DNA of 64,000 nucleotides. It comes from Stegostoma tigrinum. Its lineage: Eukaryota. The stretch is from contig NC_081362.1 of the NCBI RefSeq assembly GCF_030684315.1, positions 95,649,187 to 95,713,186 of the forward strand. Direction: 5' to 3'. Of this stretch, positions 1-11,226 are shown in pieces. The position numbers and the translations under genes are program-made. Numbering within the stretch: the stretch's first letter is position 1; each line of letters opens with the position of its first letter. Under the pieces are notes generated by a model, which was given only the letters and a program-made list of their open reading frames with translations, was not told the DNA's origin and did not search any database.

Positions 1-825
1 AGGGATCGATTGGGTAAATGCCAGAAGATTGCATCGCTCAGGGAATCTAAAACATGGAGATGCAGTCACAGGATAAAGAGCCAGGCGCTCAGTCCAGAGT
101 TCAGTCAAAGGATTGTGAATCCCTGGAATTCCCTGTCTCAAATGGTTTCAGAGTTTCAGCCCAAGATCAGCCATGCTTGTATCGAATGGTGGAGCAGTTA
201 GTCTTCTCCAGCCCCCATCCCTTTGTGTATTTCATACATTCAATCTGAAACTTTACAGCTGCACATCGTGTACTGGACACATTTTATGAGTTAAATTCCA
301 GCACCTCAGGAAGGACATACTAGCCCTGGAGCGTGTCCAGTGGAGATTCACACCGATGATCCCTGGAATGGTAGGTTTAACATATAATGAACGGCTAAGG
401 ATCCTGGGATTGAACTCATTAGGGTTTAGAAGGTTGAGGGGAGATCTAATAGAAACTTACAAGATAATGTATGGCTTAGAAGGGGTGGACGCTAGGAAGT
501 TGTTTCCATTAGGAGGGGAGACTAGGACCTGTGGGCACAAACTTAAAATTAGAGGGGGTAAATTTAAAACTGAAATGAGATGACATTTCTTCAGCCAGAG
601 AGCGGTGGGCTTGTGGAATTCATTGCCGCAGAGTGCAGTGGAGGCCGGGATGTTGGAAGCCTTCAAGGCAGAGGTCGACAAATTCTTGATCTCTGAAGGA
701 ATCAAGGGCTATGGGAGAGTGCAGGGAAGTGGTGTTGAAATGCCCATCAGCCATGATTTAAATGGCGGAGTGGACTTCATGGGCCGAATGGCCTTAGTTC
801 TACTCCTATGTCTTATGGTCTTATG
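1..825 (+). mobile_element. Degenerate CR1 LINE 3' fragments
   Basis: ORFs 356-583 and 605-874 carry CR1 ORF2 C-terminal motifs ([23 protein letters not shown]). The segment ends in an ATGTCTTATGGTCTTATG-type tail. Confidence 0.85.
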
Positions 826-896
826 CAAGAATTATTTAATGAGAAAACACAGTCTTTTTTTGACAATAAGCTAATGTTTGTCAGTTCACTCATTAG

Positions 897-999
897 GCAA
901 CTGATGTTCTTGAAGAATTTCTAAAACAGAGAAAGGGTGAATCTGAAAAAAGTCGTATGATGGATCAGAACCTCACGGACAGAGAGAGGGAAATGGAAG
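897..999 (+). CDS. Guanylate-binding protein (GBP) family, penultimate coding exon (103 nt)
   Basis: Acceptor cattag|, donor GAAG|gcaagt. Translates ATDVLEEFLKQRKGESEKSRMMDQNLTDREREME, which aligns without gaps to the GBP1 segment AEEILQTYLKSKESMTDAILQTDQTLTEKEKEIE (recalled sequence). Confidence 0.85.
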
Positions 1000-1185
1000 G
1001 CAAGTTATTTTTGATTAAAACCTTTTATTCAATTGGCTGAGAATTTCTTGCAGCATTTCCCACTCTGCTCCCATGAAGAGGTTAGAGATATTAATAATGT
1101 AATCTCAGTTCCATGTCAATGTGCTGCATTGTTCCTGGCTGATTGTCTACTTCAGACAAACTCGACAAATACAAACAGAAATCTT

Positions 1186-1812
1186 CACCCCTACTCCCAC
1201 CACCCGTCCCCCCGCCCCCCATTTCCCCCACCATACTCTCCTCGTACTCCTTCCCCATACTATCCTGCTCCCCCCCACCGAGGTATAACCTGCACGTACT
1301 CCCCTTCTTCCGCCTCATACTCCCACCCCACACCCCCTTCCTGTACTCCCACCCCGTACTCCCCTACTGAACTCCCCCTCCATACTCCCTTGTCTTCCCC
1401 CTCCTGTAATCTACTTGTCTCTCCCAACCCATTCACTCTGTCTCGCCCTCCTGTACTCCTCTGTCTCTGCCTCCTGTTCTCTCCTGTGACCAACCCCACC
1501 CCCACCATGCTCCCTTGTCTCTCCCCCTTTCTCCCCCCACTTCACACTCCCTTCTCTTCCCAACCCATTCTTGCTGCCCTCTACTCTGTAGATCCTGCCC
1601 TCCTCACTCTAAGGGAGAAAAGACTGCTGTTTCCTGCTGAGGCATTGCACAATGTCTCCTTGCCACTTCCCCACCTTCGCTCCCAGCCGTGGCAAAATGC
1701 TTCCTTGAGCACAGCCTCCTTCTCACTCCTCTTAATTCCTCCAATTCCCTCCTTTCCTTTTTTCCACCACCCACCCAATTCCCTATTCCCCCTTTAGCCC
1801 CCATCCACCCAT
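1186..1812. repeat. C/T-rich low-complexity tract inside the GBP intron
   Basis: Strong pyrimidine bias with recurring TACTCCC/CTCCCC motifs. Confidence 0.75.
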
Positions 1813-1903
1813 TTATGTCTTCATTACTTCAAAACAAATTGCAAACTGAATCATAGTCGCTGCAGACAATGGTGTTAAAAATTTAACTTTTCAAACTTTG
1901 CAG

Positions 1904-2142
1904 TTGAGAAAGAAAGACAGTCCCTGGTAGAGCTACAAAAGGCTGCGATGGAGCAACAGACGAAAATGATGAAAAGCATTTTGGAAGCTGTGGCACAAAA
2001 TAATAATAACAATCTGAAAAAAATTATGGAAATGCTGAGACAAGAAAGAGAATTACAAATGAAACAACAGGAGCAAATTACAAGAAGACAACATCAAGAA
2101 ATTGAAAATATGTCAAACAAAACATCATGTGTTATACAGTAA
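1904..2142 (+). CDS. GBP family, terminal coding exon: coiled coil plus CaaX prenylation box
   Basis: Acceptor tttcaaactttgcag|. Phase 1 joins the previous exon (G|TT = V), giving VEKERQSLVELQKAAMEQQTKMM...NKTSCVIQ*. E/Q/K/M-rich helix ending in CVIQ. Confidence 0.85.
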
Positions 2143-2334
2143 AGAAACAATGGATTGGGAAACAAGACAAAATTGTGCCCATATGCATGAATCTTTTATT
2201 TGTTTTCAAATTTTAATGAATGGATAGGTCGGGGTCTGAAAGATTTTTTGGTTTCCCAATCGCTTTATTATTCCTTTTCCGGAATGCACATCCTTATCTC
2301 ACAAGTGCACATGACTACCAATGACTTCTCAATT

Positions 2335-3205
2335 TACTCCTGGGATGTGGGAGGCACTAGTTAGGCCAACATTTATTGCCCGTCCCACATTGCCCCTTCA
2401 CAAGGTGGTGAGGTGCCTTTTTTGAACCCTGCAGTCCATGTGCTCTGGATTGACCCACAATATACTTAGGCAGGGAATTCCAGGATTTTGACCCAGCAAC
2501 ACTGGAAAAAAACAGCGCTATATTTCCAAGCCAGGATGGTGAATGGCTTGCAGAGAAATTTGCAGGGGTTGGTGTTCCCATGTATCTGCTGCCCTTGTCC
2601 TAGATGGAAGTGGTCATGGGTTCGGAAGGTGCTGTCTGAGGATTTTTGGTGAATATCTGTGGTGCATCTTGTAGATAGTACACACTGCTGTTACTGAGCA
2701 ACGGCAGGGCTGGGCAGAGTGGCTTTTGGATGTGATGCCAATCAATTGGGCAGCTTTGTCCCTGATGGTGTCAAGCTTAGTCTGTTGGTGAACCTACACC
2801 CATCCAGGCAAGTGGGGAGTATTCCATCATACTGCTGACCTGTGCCTTGTAGATGGACAGGCTTTATGGAGAGAAGAGGTGAGTTACTTGCTGCAGGATT
2901 CCCAGTCTCTGACCTGCGAATGTAGCCATTGTACATGTATGGCCAGCCCAGTTGAGATTCCAATCAATAGTAACCGCCAGGGTTTGATTCTGGGGAATTC
3001 AGTGATGCTAATGCATTGAATGTAATGGGGCAGTGGTTAGACTGGAGATGGTCATTGTCTGGTATTTGTGTGGCATAAATATTATTTGCCACCTTTCAGC
3101 CCATTTCTGGATGTTGCCCAGATCTTGCTGTATTTGGACATGGACTGCTTCAGTACCTGAGGAGTCGCGAATGGTGCTGAACATTGTGCAATTATCGGCA
3201 AACAT
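2335..3205 (-). mobile_element. CR1/L2-group LINE 3' fragment (second LINE family)
   Basis: ORF 3008-3205 (-) MFADNCTMFSTIRDS...QQDLGNIQKWAERWQ is RT motif C plus thumb. The 3' end reads GGGCAATAAATGTTGGCC on the - strand. Confidence 0.75.
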
Positions 3206-5639
3206 TTCGTCTCACCCTGTCCATGCAGTTCTGCACAGGTACGATGCACCTGTCCTGGATGCTATGGGTGATTTAGCCAGTCTGCCTCACCTGCACATGT
3301 TTGGGCACCAGCCTAAGGAACTCACGCAGAGACTCCCTGTTTGACATGCACATAATCCCGTGTTGCAGCCTCAGCGGGCTGACAGAGCATTTACAGGTTT
3401 ACCTTGTGCTCCTTTTGGACTGTGGTCCTGCACTCTCCATCAAAGTGAGCAATAAAAGAACGCAGAAAGCCAAAAGTATGACTTCAGCTTTGTATGATTT
3501 GTCTTTTGGAACACCAAAAACATACTTTTTAACTTGAAAAGACTTTGCTAAATCCAACTTCTAAAAGGGTATCATAACATGAGCTGCACTTTATGCTCAC
3601 TGCTGGAAAACACATGATACAGCCCTGAGCATGTAGACAGTGCTTATAGTGGGAGGTTTAAAAACCTGCCCTTCTCTTTTTGGCTACAAGAAAGGCCAGG
3701 CAATCTCTTCCCTGCCAACAGAGACTATGGACAAGATTCTGCCCTTTTAATTTTGAACTGTGGGGTTGGGGGAAAGTGTGCTTTGGTGGCACCGAAAACA
3801 TCAACCCCCCAACAAGTTAACCACCTCAACACCTGCCAATCAGCTTATTAAGAACTGACAGGTGCCCATGGACGACCACGTTAACCAATCACAGGCCTCA
3901 ACCCTGATGTCTCCAGCTACCAAAGTGTGCCAGCCAATTGCAGTGTGAGGAGAGAAGGGGTTGTGAGGGGGATTGGAGGCAAGGGACAAGCCCCTTTCCT
4001 TCTCCCATCCATTCTATTGAATGTCCTGAGACTTGGGTCATTAGAGACCCTTAGCCACCAAGCCGTACCACGAGCCTGGCAGGCTGGTCACCCTGGCACC
4101 TCACCTTTCCCAATCAAAGCTACATTTCCCACCCACCAAGCATGCAGGTGACCAGGGATGTGGTGAGTTGAGGTCTCTGAGCGGTGATGAACTGAGCACA
4201 TCTGGACCTCCATTAGGCCATCGCAAGAAAATGGCTCATGGATCTTCTTGCCTGGACCTTAATGAGACTAGATTTGATCCGAAAAGATGGGATTTCTCTC
4301 CAGCATCCACTCGCCACACTATTTCCTTTCTCACCACAAGTCCTGAATGAGGGGGAAGTCATGGTGACATGATAACAAACTGATGGTACAGCAGGCCTTT
4401 GCTCAATCACTCAGGATTTCACCAGGATTCATTTGTTACCATGTGAGACAGAAGGTAATATTACTTTCAATCAATTCTTCGAGGCAGATTTTTTTTAATT
4501 GGTAAAGTTATAGACAGGGAAAACGGAGAACAACACAGTTAACCATAGCTGTACTGTTCCTCATGTACAATTACTCAGTCCCGGATCGATTAAGAATGAC
4601 ATTTTTGCAAATATGTGAGGAAAATGTTGGAGGAAGCCATTCAGCCCCTCAGCCTACTTCTCCATTCAATAAGACCTTGAGATTCCTTTTTTGCATGTTA
4701 CTATTGAATTGTATCACATGAATGTTTGTCATGAATTTAATACTTTATAACATATACAACTGTGCTCCTCCTTTTACTCAACAGCCTGTTGTTTCCAGCC
4801 AATAAAGCTTGTAATTGAAACACGTGCTGGTGTTTTAGAGCTTTGCCTGTCTGCAGACACATTGTTGTCACACAGCTCATACCCACTGGAATATTCCACA
4901 GTGAAAGTTAGTTCCAAGCTGGTTTCAGGTCAGTTCCCTGCAATAGAAGGGCAATTTGTTCAATTAGCTGGAGAGCTGGTATGCATTGCGGATTGAAATA
5001 AAAATGTGGGTTCAATTCCCACTGATCACAAAGAAAAAAGTACAAAGACAACTACAGAACAGGGACAGGCCCTTCAGCCCTCCAAGCCTGCATCGATATG
5101 CTGCCCGTCATAACTAAAACCCCCTACCCTTCCGGGGACTGTATCCCTCTATTCCCATCCTATTCATGTATTTGTCAAGATGCCCTTTAAAAGTCACTAT
5201 CGTATCTGCTATAGTCACTCCCACCACCCTCTGTGTAAAACTTGCCTTGTACATTACCTTTCAACCTTGCCCCTCTCACTTTAAACCCATGGCCCCTGGT
5301 CACTGACTCTTCCACCCTGGGCTTTTGACTATCCACTCTGTCCATGCCGTTCGGTAACCTTGTGGACCTGTGTCAGGTCATCCCTCAACCTCCATTGTTC
5401 CAGTGAGAACAATCCAAGTTTCTCCAACCTCTCCTCATAGCTACTTCCCTTCCTACCAGGCAACAGCCTGGTAAATCTTTTCTGTACCCTATCCAAAGCC
5501 ACTAAATCCCTCTGGTAGTGTGGCGACCAGAATTGAACACATTATTCCAAAGGAGGCCTCACCAAGGATCAATAAACATTCCCTGCCAATTTTTAAACCT
5601 AATGCCCTAGCTGATGAAGGCAAGCATGCCGTATGCCTT

Positions 5640-6424
5640 GATAATAAAATGTGAGGCTGGATGAACACAGCAGGCCAAGCAGCATCTCAGGAGCACAAAA
5701 GCTGACGTTTCGGGCCTAGACCCTTCATCAGAGAGGGGGATGGGGGGAGGGAACTGGAATAAATAGGGAGAGAGGGGGAGGCGGACCGAAGATGGAGAGT
5801 AAAGAAGATAGGTGGAGAAGGTGTGGGTGGGGAGGTAGGGAGGGGATAGGTCAGTCCAGGGAAGACGGACAGGTCAAGGAGGTGGGATGAGGTTAGTAGG
5901 TAGCTGGGGGTGCGGCTTGGGGTGGGAGGAAGGGATGGGTGAGAGGAAGAACCGGTTAGGGAGGCAGAGACAGGTTGGACTGGTTTTGGGATGCAGTGGG
6001 TGGGGGGGAAGAGCTGGGCTGGTTGTGTGGTGCAGTGGGGGGAGGGGATGAACTGGGCTGGTTTAGGGATGCAGTGGGGGAAGGGGAGATTTTGAAACTG
6101 GTGAAGTCCACATTGATACCATATGGCTGCAGGGTTCCCAGGCGGAATATGAGTTGCTGTTCCTGCAACCTTCGGGTGGCATCATTGTGGCAGTGCAGGA
6201 GGCCCATGATGGACATGTCATCAAGAGAATGGGAGGGGGAGTGGAAATGGTTTGCGACTGGGAGGTGCAGTTGTTTGTTGCGAACTGAGCGGAGGTGTTC
6301 TGCAAAGCGGTCCCCAAGCCTCCGCTTGGTTTCCCCAATGTAGAGAAAGCCGCACCGGGTACAGTGGATGCAGTATACCACATTGGCAGATGTGCAGGTG
6401 AACCTCTGCTTAATGTGGAATGTC
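5640..6424 (-). repeat. Left arm of a 785-bp inverted repeat (partner 7648-8432)
   Basis: Direct reverse-complement match. The mirrored ORFs (5975-6343 vs 7729-8097; 6063-6383 vs 7689-8009) have identical translations. Confidence 0.95.
5704..5731 (-). ncRNA. Minimal hammerhead ribozyme motif (copy in the inverted arm)
   Basis: Exact reverse complement of 8341-8368. Confidence 0.8.
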
Positions 6425-8116
6425 CTTCCCAAAATCCACAAACCTGCCTGCCCTGGTCGACCCATCGTCTCAGCCTGCTCCTGCCCCACCGAACTCATCT
6501 CCACCTATCTGGACTCCATTTTCTCCCCTTTGGTCCAGGAACTCCCCACCTATGTCCGTGACACCACCCACGCCCTCCACCTCCTCCAGGACTTCCAATT
6601 CCCTGGCCCCCAACACCTCATATTCACCATGGACGTCCAGTCCCTGTACACCTGCATTCCGCATGGAGATGGCCTCAAGGCCCTCCGCTTCTTCCTGTCC
6701 CGCAGGCCCGACCAGGCCCCCTCCACCGACACTCTCATCCGCCTAGCGGAACTCGTCCTCACACTCAACAACTTCTCTTTTGACTCCTCCCACTTCCTAC
6801 AGACTAAGGGGGTGGCCATGGGCACCCGCATGGGCCCCAGCTATGCCTGCCTCTTTGTAGGTTACGTGGAACAGTCCATCTTCCGCACCTACACAGGCCC
6901 CAAACCCCACCTCTTCCTCCGGTACATTGATGACTGTATCGGCGCCGCCTCTTGCTCCCCAGAGGAGCTCGAACAGTTCATCCACTTCACCAACACCTTC
7001 CACCCCAACCTTCAGTTCACCTGGGCCATCTCCAGCACATCCCTCACCTTCCTGGACCTCTCAGTCTCCATCTCAGGCAACCAGCTTGTAACTGATGTCC
7101 ATTTCAAGCCCACCGACTCCCACAGCTACCTAGAATACACCTCCTCCCACCCACCCTCCTGCAAAAATTCCATCCCCTATTCCCAATTCCTCCGCCTCCG
7201 CCGCATCTGCTCCCACGATAAGACATTCCACTCCCGCACATCCCAGATGTCCAAGTTCTTTAAGGACCGCAACTTCCCCCCCACGGTGATTGAGAACGCC
7301 CTTGACCGCGTCTCCCGCATTTCCCGCAACACATCCCTCACACCCCGCCCCCGCCACAACCGCCCCAAGAGGATCCCCCTCCTTCTCACACACCACCCTA
7401 CCAACCTCCGGATACAACGCATTATCCTCCGACACTTCCGCCATTTACAATCCGACCCCACCACCCAAGACATTTTTCCATCCCCACCCCTGTCTGCTTT
7501 CCGGAGAGACCACTCTCTCCGTGACTCCCTTGTTCGCTCCACACTGCCCTCCAACCCCACCACACCCGGCACCTTCCCCTGCAACCGCAGGAAATGCTAC
7601 ACTTGTCCCCACACCTCCTCCCTCACCCCCATCCCAGGCCCCAAGATGACATTCCACATTAAGCAGAGGTTCACCTGCACATCTGCCAATGTGGTATACT
7701 GCATCCACTGTACCCGGTGCGGCTTTCTCTACATTGGGGAAACCAAGCGGAGGCTTGGGGACCGCTTTGCAGAACACCTCCGCTCAGTTCGCAACAAACA
7801 ACTGCACCTCCCAGTCGCAAACCATTTCCACTCCCCCTCCCATTCTCTTGATGACATGTCCATCATGGGCCTCCTGCACTGCCACAATGATGCCACCCGA
7901 AGGTTGCAGGAACAGCAACTCATATTCCGCCTGGGAACCCTGCAGCCATATGGTATCAATGTGGACTTCACCAGTTTCAAAATCTCCCCTTCCCCCACTG
8001 CATCCCTAAACCAGCCCAGTTCATCCCCTCCCCCCACTGCACCACACAACCAGCCCAGCTCTTCCCCCCCACCCACTGCATCCCAAAACCAGTCCAACCT
8101 GTCTCTGCCTCCCTAA
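6368..8116 (+). CDS. Penelope-like RT + GIY-YIG endonuclease (582 aa, N-terminally truncated, chimeric start)
   Basis: Motifs LPKIHK..GRPIVS, TMDVQSLYT, GVAMG, RYIDD, TFLDL, Cys linker CNRRKCYTC (Neptune-type), and NVVYCIHCTRCGFLYIGET..RFAEH. No internal stops. Confidence 0.9.
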   Translation: MQYTTLADVQVNLCLMWNVLPKIHKPACPGRPIVSACSCPTELISTYLDSIFSPLVQELPTYVRDTTHALHLLQDFQFPGPQHLIFTMDVQSLYTCIPHGDGLKALRFFLSRRPDQAPSTDTLIRLAELVLTLNNFSFDSSHFLQTKGVAMGTRMGPSYACLFVGYVEQSIFRTYTGPKPHLFLRYIDDCIGAASCSPEELEQFIHFTNTFHPNLQFTWAISSTSLTFLDLSVSISGNQLVTDVHFKPTDSHSYLEYTSSHPPSCKNSIPYSQFLRLRRICSHDKTFHSRTSQMSKFFKDRNFPPTVIENALDRVSRISRNTSLTPRPRHNRPKRIPLLLTHHPTNLRIQRIILRHFRHLQSDPTTQDIFPSPPLSAFRRDHSLRDSLVRSTLPSNPTTPGTFPCNRRKCYTCPHTSSLTPIPGPKMTFHIKQRFTCTSANVVYCIHCTRCGFLYIGETKRRLGDRFAEHLRSVRNKQLHLPVANHFHSPSHSLDDMSIMGLLHCHNDATRRLQEQQLIFRLGTLQPYGINVDFTSFKISPSPTASLNQPSSSPPPTAPHNQPSSSPPPTASQNQSNLSLPP

Positions 8117-8340
8117 CCGGTTCTTCCTCTCACCCATCCCTTCCTCCCACCCCAAGCCGCACCCCCAGCTACCTACTAACCTCATCCCACCTCCTTGACC
8201 TGTCCGTCTTCCCTGGACTGACCTATCCCCTCCCTACCTCCCCACCCACACCTTCTCCACCTATCTTCTTTACTCTCCATCTTCGGTCCGCCTCCCCCTC
8301 TCTCCCTATTTATTCCAGTTCCCTCCCCCCATCCCCCTCT

Positions 8341-8368
8341 CTGATGAAGGGTCTAGGCCCGAAACGTC
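8341..8368 (+). ncRNA. Minimal type I hammerhead ribozyme motif in the Neptune 3' end
   Basis: CTGATGA-A-GGGT(CTAG)GCCC-GAAA-CGTC: conserved core, helix II, palindromic ACGT helix III and GUC cleavage triplet. Helix I is only 2 bp (CT/AG). Confidence 0.8.
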
Positions 8369-9976
8369 AGCTTTTGTGCTCCTGAGATGCTGCTTGGCCT
8401 GCTGTGTTCATCCAGCCTCACATTTTATTATCTTGGAATCTCCAGCATCTGCAGTTCCCATTATCTCTCATGCCGTATGCCTTGTTGACTACCTTTTCCA
8501 ACTATGTTGCCACTTTCAGTGACCTGGGTAGCCATACACCCAGATCCATCTGCCTATCAGTACTCTTAATGGTTCTCCCATTTACTGTCTATTTTCCATC
8601 CGGATCAGACCTTCAAAAATGCATACCTCACATTTTTCTGGATTAAACTCCATCTGTAATCTCTCTGTCCAAGTCACCAACTGATCTATATCCATCTGTA
8701 TCCTTTGACGGTCCTCATCGCTATCTGCAATTCCAGAAACCTCGTGTCATCGGCAAACTTACTAATCTGACCAGTTACATTCTCCTCCAAATCATTTGTA
8801 CATAATACAAACAACAAAGGTTCCAACACTGATGTCTGAGGAACGCCACATGTCACAGCCCTCCATTCAGAAACACACCCTTCCACTACTACCCTCTGTC
8901 TTCTATGACCGAGCCCTTTTTTTTAATCCATCTTGGAAGCTCACCACTGACCCCGTGCGACATTACCTTCTGTATCAGCCTGACGTGAGGGACCTTCCCA
9001 AAGGCCTTACTGAAGTTCATGCAGACAACATCCACTGCCCTACTCTCATCGATCATCTTCATCACTTCTTCAAAAAGCTCAGCCAAGTTAGTGAGGCACG
9101 ACCTCCCCTTCACAAAACCATGTTGCCGCTTGCTAATTCACCCTATGACTTCCACGTGCGAGTAAATCCTGTCTCGAAGAATTCTCTCCAGTAACTTCCC
9201 TACCACTGACGTAAGGCTCACCAGCCTGTAATTAGCTGGGTTATCCTTGCAATTCTTCTTAAATGAAAGAACAACATTGGCTATTCTGCAATCCTCTGGG
9301 ACCTCCCCCGTAGCCAGTGAGGGTACAAAGATTTTCCTTTTGGCCCCAGAAATTTCCTCCCTTGCCTCTGTCAGTATTCTGTGATATATTGATCAGGCCC
9401 TGGGGACTTGTCGACCTTAATGTTTTTCAAGACCCCCAATACCTCCTCCCTTTTCATCTCAATATGACCCCAACTATCTACACTCCCTTCCCCAGATTCA
9501 TCATCCACCAATTCCTTCTCTATGGGGAATACTGATGCAAAGTACTCATTTAATACCTCACCCATTTCTACAAAAAATAACTTCCCTGTCCTTGAGTGGG
9601 CCAACCCTCTGCCTGGCTACCCACTTATTCTTTATGTATGTACAAAAGACCTTGGGTTTTCCCTTAATCCTGTCGACCAATGACTTTTCATGACTCCTTT
9701 TAACCCTCCCGACTCCTTGCTTAATTTTCTTTTGACTTTCCTTGTATCCTACCCTCGCTTCATGCGTTCCCAGCCTCCTAGCCTTAATAAATGTTTCCAT
9801 TTTTTCTTTTTGATCAGACTTACAAAATCTCTTGTTATCCAAGGTTCCCTAAACTTGCCATACTTATCCTTTATCCTTACAGGAACGAGCTGGTACTGAG
9901 CACCAAGCAATCTACACTTGAAAGCCTCCCACAAACCATACGCTGATTTGCGCTCGAACATCTGCCTCCAAGGGAG

Positions 9977-11226
9977 GGTAGGTCGTGCCTCACAAACCTG
10001 ATTGAGTTCTTTGAGAAGGTGACCAAACAGGTAGATGAGAGTAAACCGGGTGATGTGGTGTATATGGATTTCAGCAAGGCGTTCGATAAGGTTGCCCACA
10101 ATAGGCTATTGAACAAAATGCAGAGGAATGGAATTGTGGGAGATATAGCAGTTTGGATCAGAAATTGGCTTGCTGAAAGAAGACAGAGGGTGGTAGTTGA
10201 TGGGAAATGTTCATCCTGGAGACCAGTTACTAGTGGTGTACCGCAAGGGTCAGTGTTGGGTCCACTGCTGTTTGTCATTTTTATAAATAACCTGGATGAG
10301 GGCGTAGAAGGATGGGTTAGTAAATTTGCAGACAACACTAAGGTCGGTGGAGTTGTGGATAGTGACGAAGGATGCTGTAGGTTGCAGAGAGACATAGATA
10401 AGCTGCAGAGCTGGGCTGAGAGGTGGCAAATGGAGTTTAATGCAGACAAGTGTGAGGTGATGCACTTTGGTAGGAGTAACCAGAAGGCAAAGTACAGGGC
10501 TAATGGTAAGATTGTTAGTAGTGTAGATGAGCAGAGAGATCTCGGTGTCCATGTACACAGATCCTTGAAAGTTGCCACCCAGGCTGACAGGGCTGTTAAG
10601 AAGACATACAGTGTTTTAGCTTTTATTAATAGAGGGATCGAGTTTCGGAACCAAGAGGTTATGGTGAAGCTGTACAAAACTCTGGTGCGGCCGCATTTGG
10701 AGTATTGTGTACAGTTCTGGTCACCGCATTATAAGAAGGATGTGGAAGCTTTTGGAAAGGGTGCAGAGGAGATTTACTAGGATGTTGCCTGTTATGGAGG
10801 GAAGGTCTTACGAGGAGAGGCTGAAGGACTTGAGGCTGTTTTCATTAGAGAGGAGAAGGTTGAGAGGTGACTTAATTGAAACATATAAAATAATCAGAGG
10901 GTTAGATAGGGTTGATAGGGAGAGTCTTTTTCCTAGGATGGTGACGGCGAGCACAAGGGGGCATAGCTTTAAATTGAGGGGCGAAAGATATAGGACAGAT
11001 GTCAGAGGTAGTTTCTTTACTCAGAGAGTAGTAAGGGAATGGAACGCTTTGCCTGCAACAGTAGTAGATTCGCCAACTTTAGGTACATTTAAGTCATCAT
11101 TGGACAAGCATATGGACGTACATGGAATAGTGTAGGTTAGATGGGCTTCAGATCGGTATGACAGGTCGGCACAACATCAAGGGCCGAAGGGTCTGTACTG
11201 TGCTGCAATGTTCTATATGTTCTATC
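9977..11226 (+). mobile_element. 5'-truncated CR1 LINE nested in the older CR1
   Basis: ORFs 10019-10780 and 10707-11135 (YMDFSKAFDKV, GVPQGSVLGP, KFADN; one frameshift), followed by a TTCTAT tail. Confidence 0.92.

Larger units (their letters stand above)
5640..8468 (+). mobile_element. Penelope-like element, Neptune clade, 5'-truncated with an inverted pseudo-LTR; 16-bp TSD
   Basis: RT + GIY-YIG ORF. Inverted arms 5640-6424 and 7648-8432. TSD CATGCCGTATGCCTTG at 5625-5640 and 8469-8484. Confidence 0.95.

Noticed and set aside
1033-1797. 254-aa Pro/Ser-rich ORF
   Set aside because: Artefact of the C-rich low-complexity tract inside the GBP intron; non-ATG start and no domain.
3395-3532. 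- strand exon-like stretch with a hydrophobic segment (VILLAFCVLLLLTLM) and AG/GT ends
   Set aside because: No partner exons or recognisable homology. It is equally compatible with the GBP 3' region (AATAAA at ~3451 on +).
9877-10677. Long antisense ORFs over CR1 RT (also 22949-23548, 33808-34323)
   Set aside because: Shadow frames of the RT coding strand, repeated in each copy.
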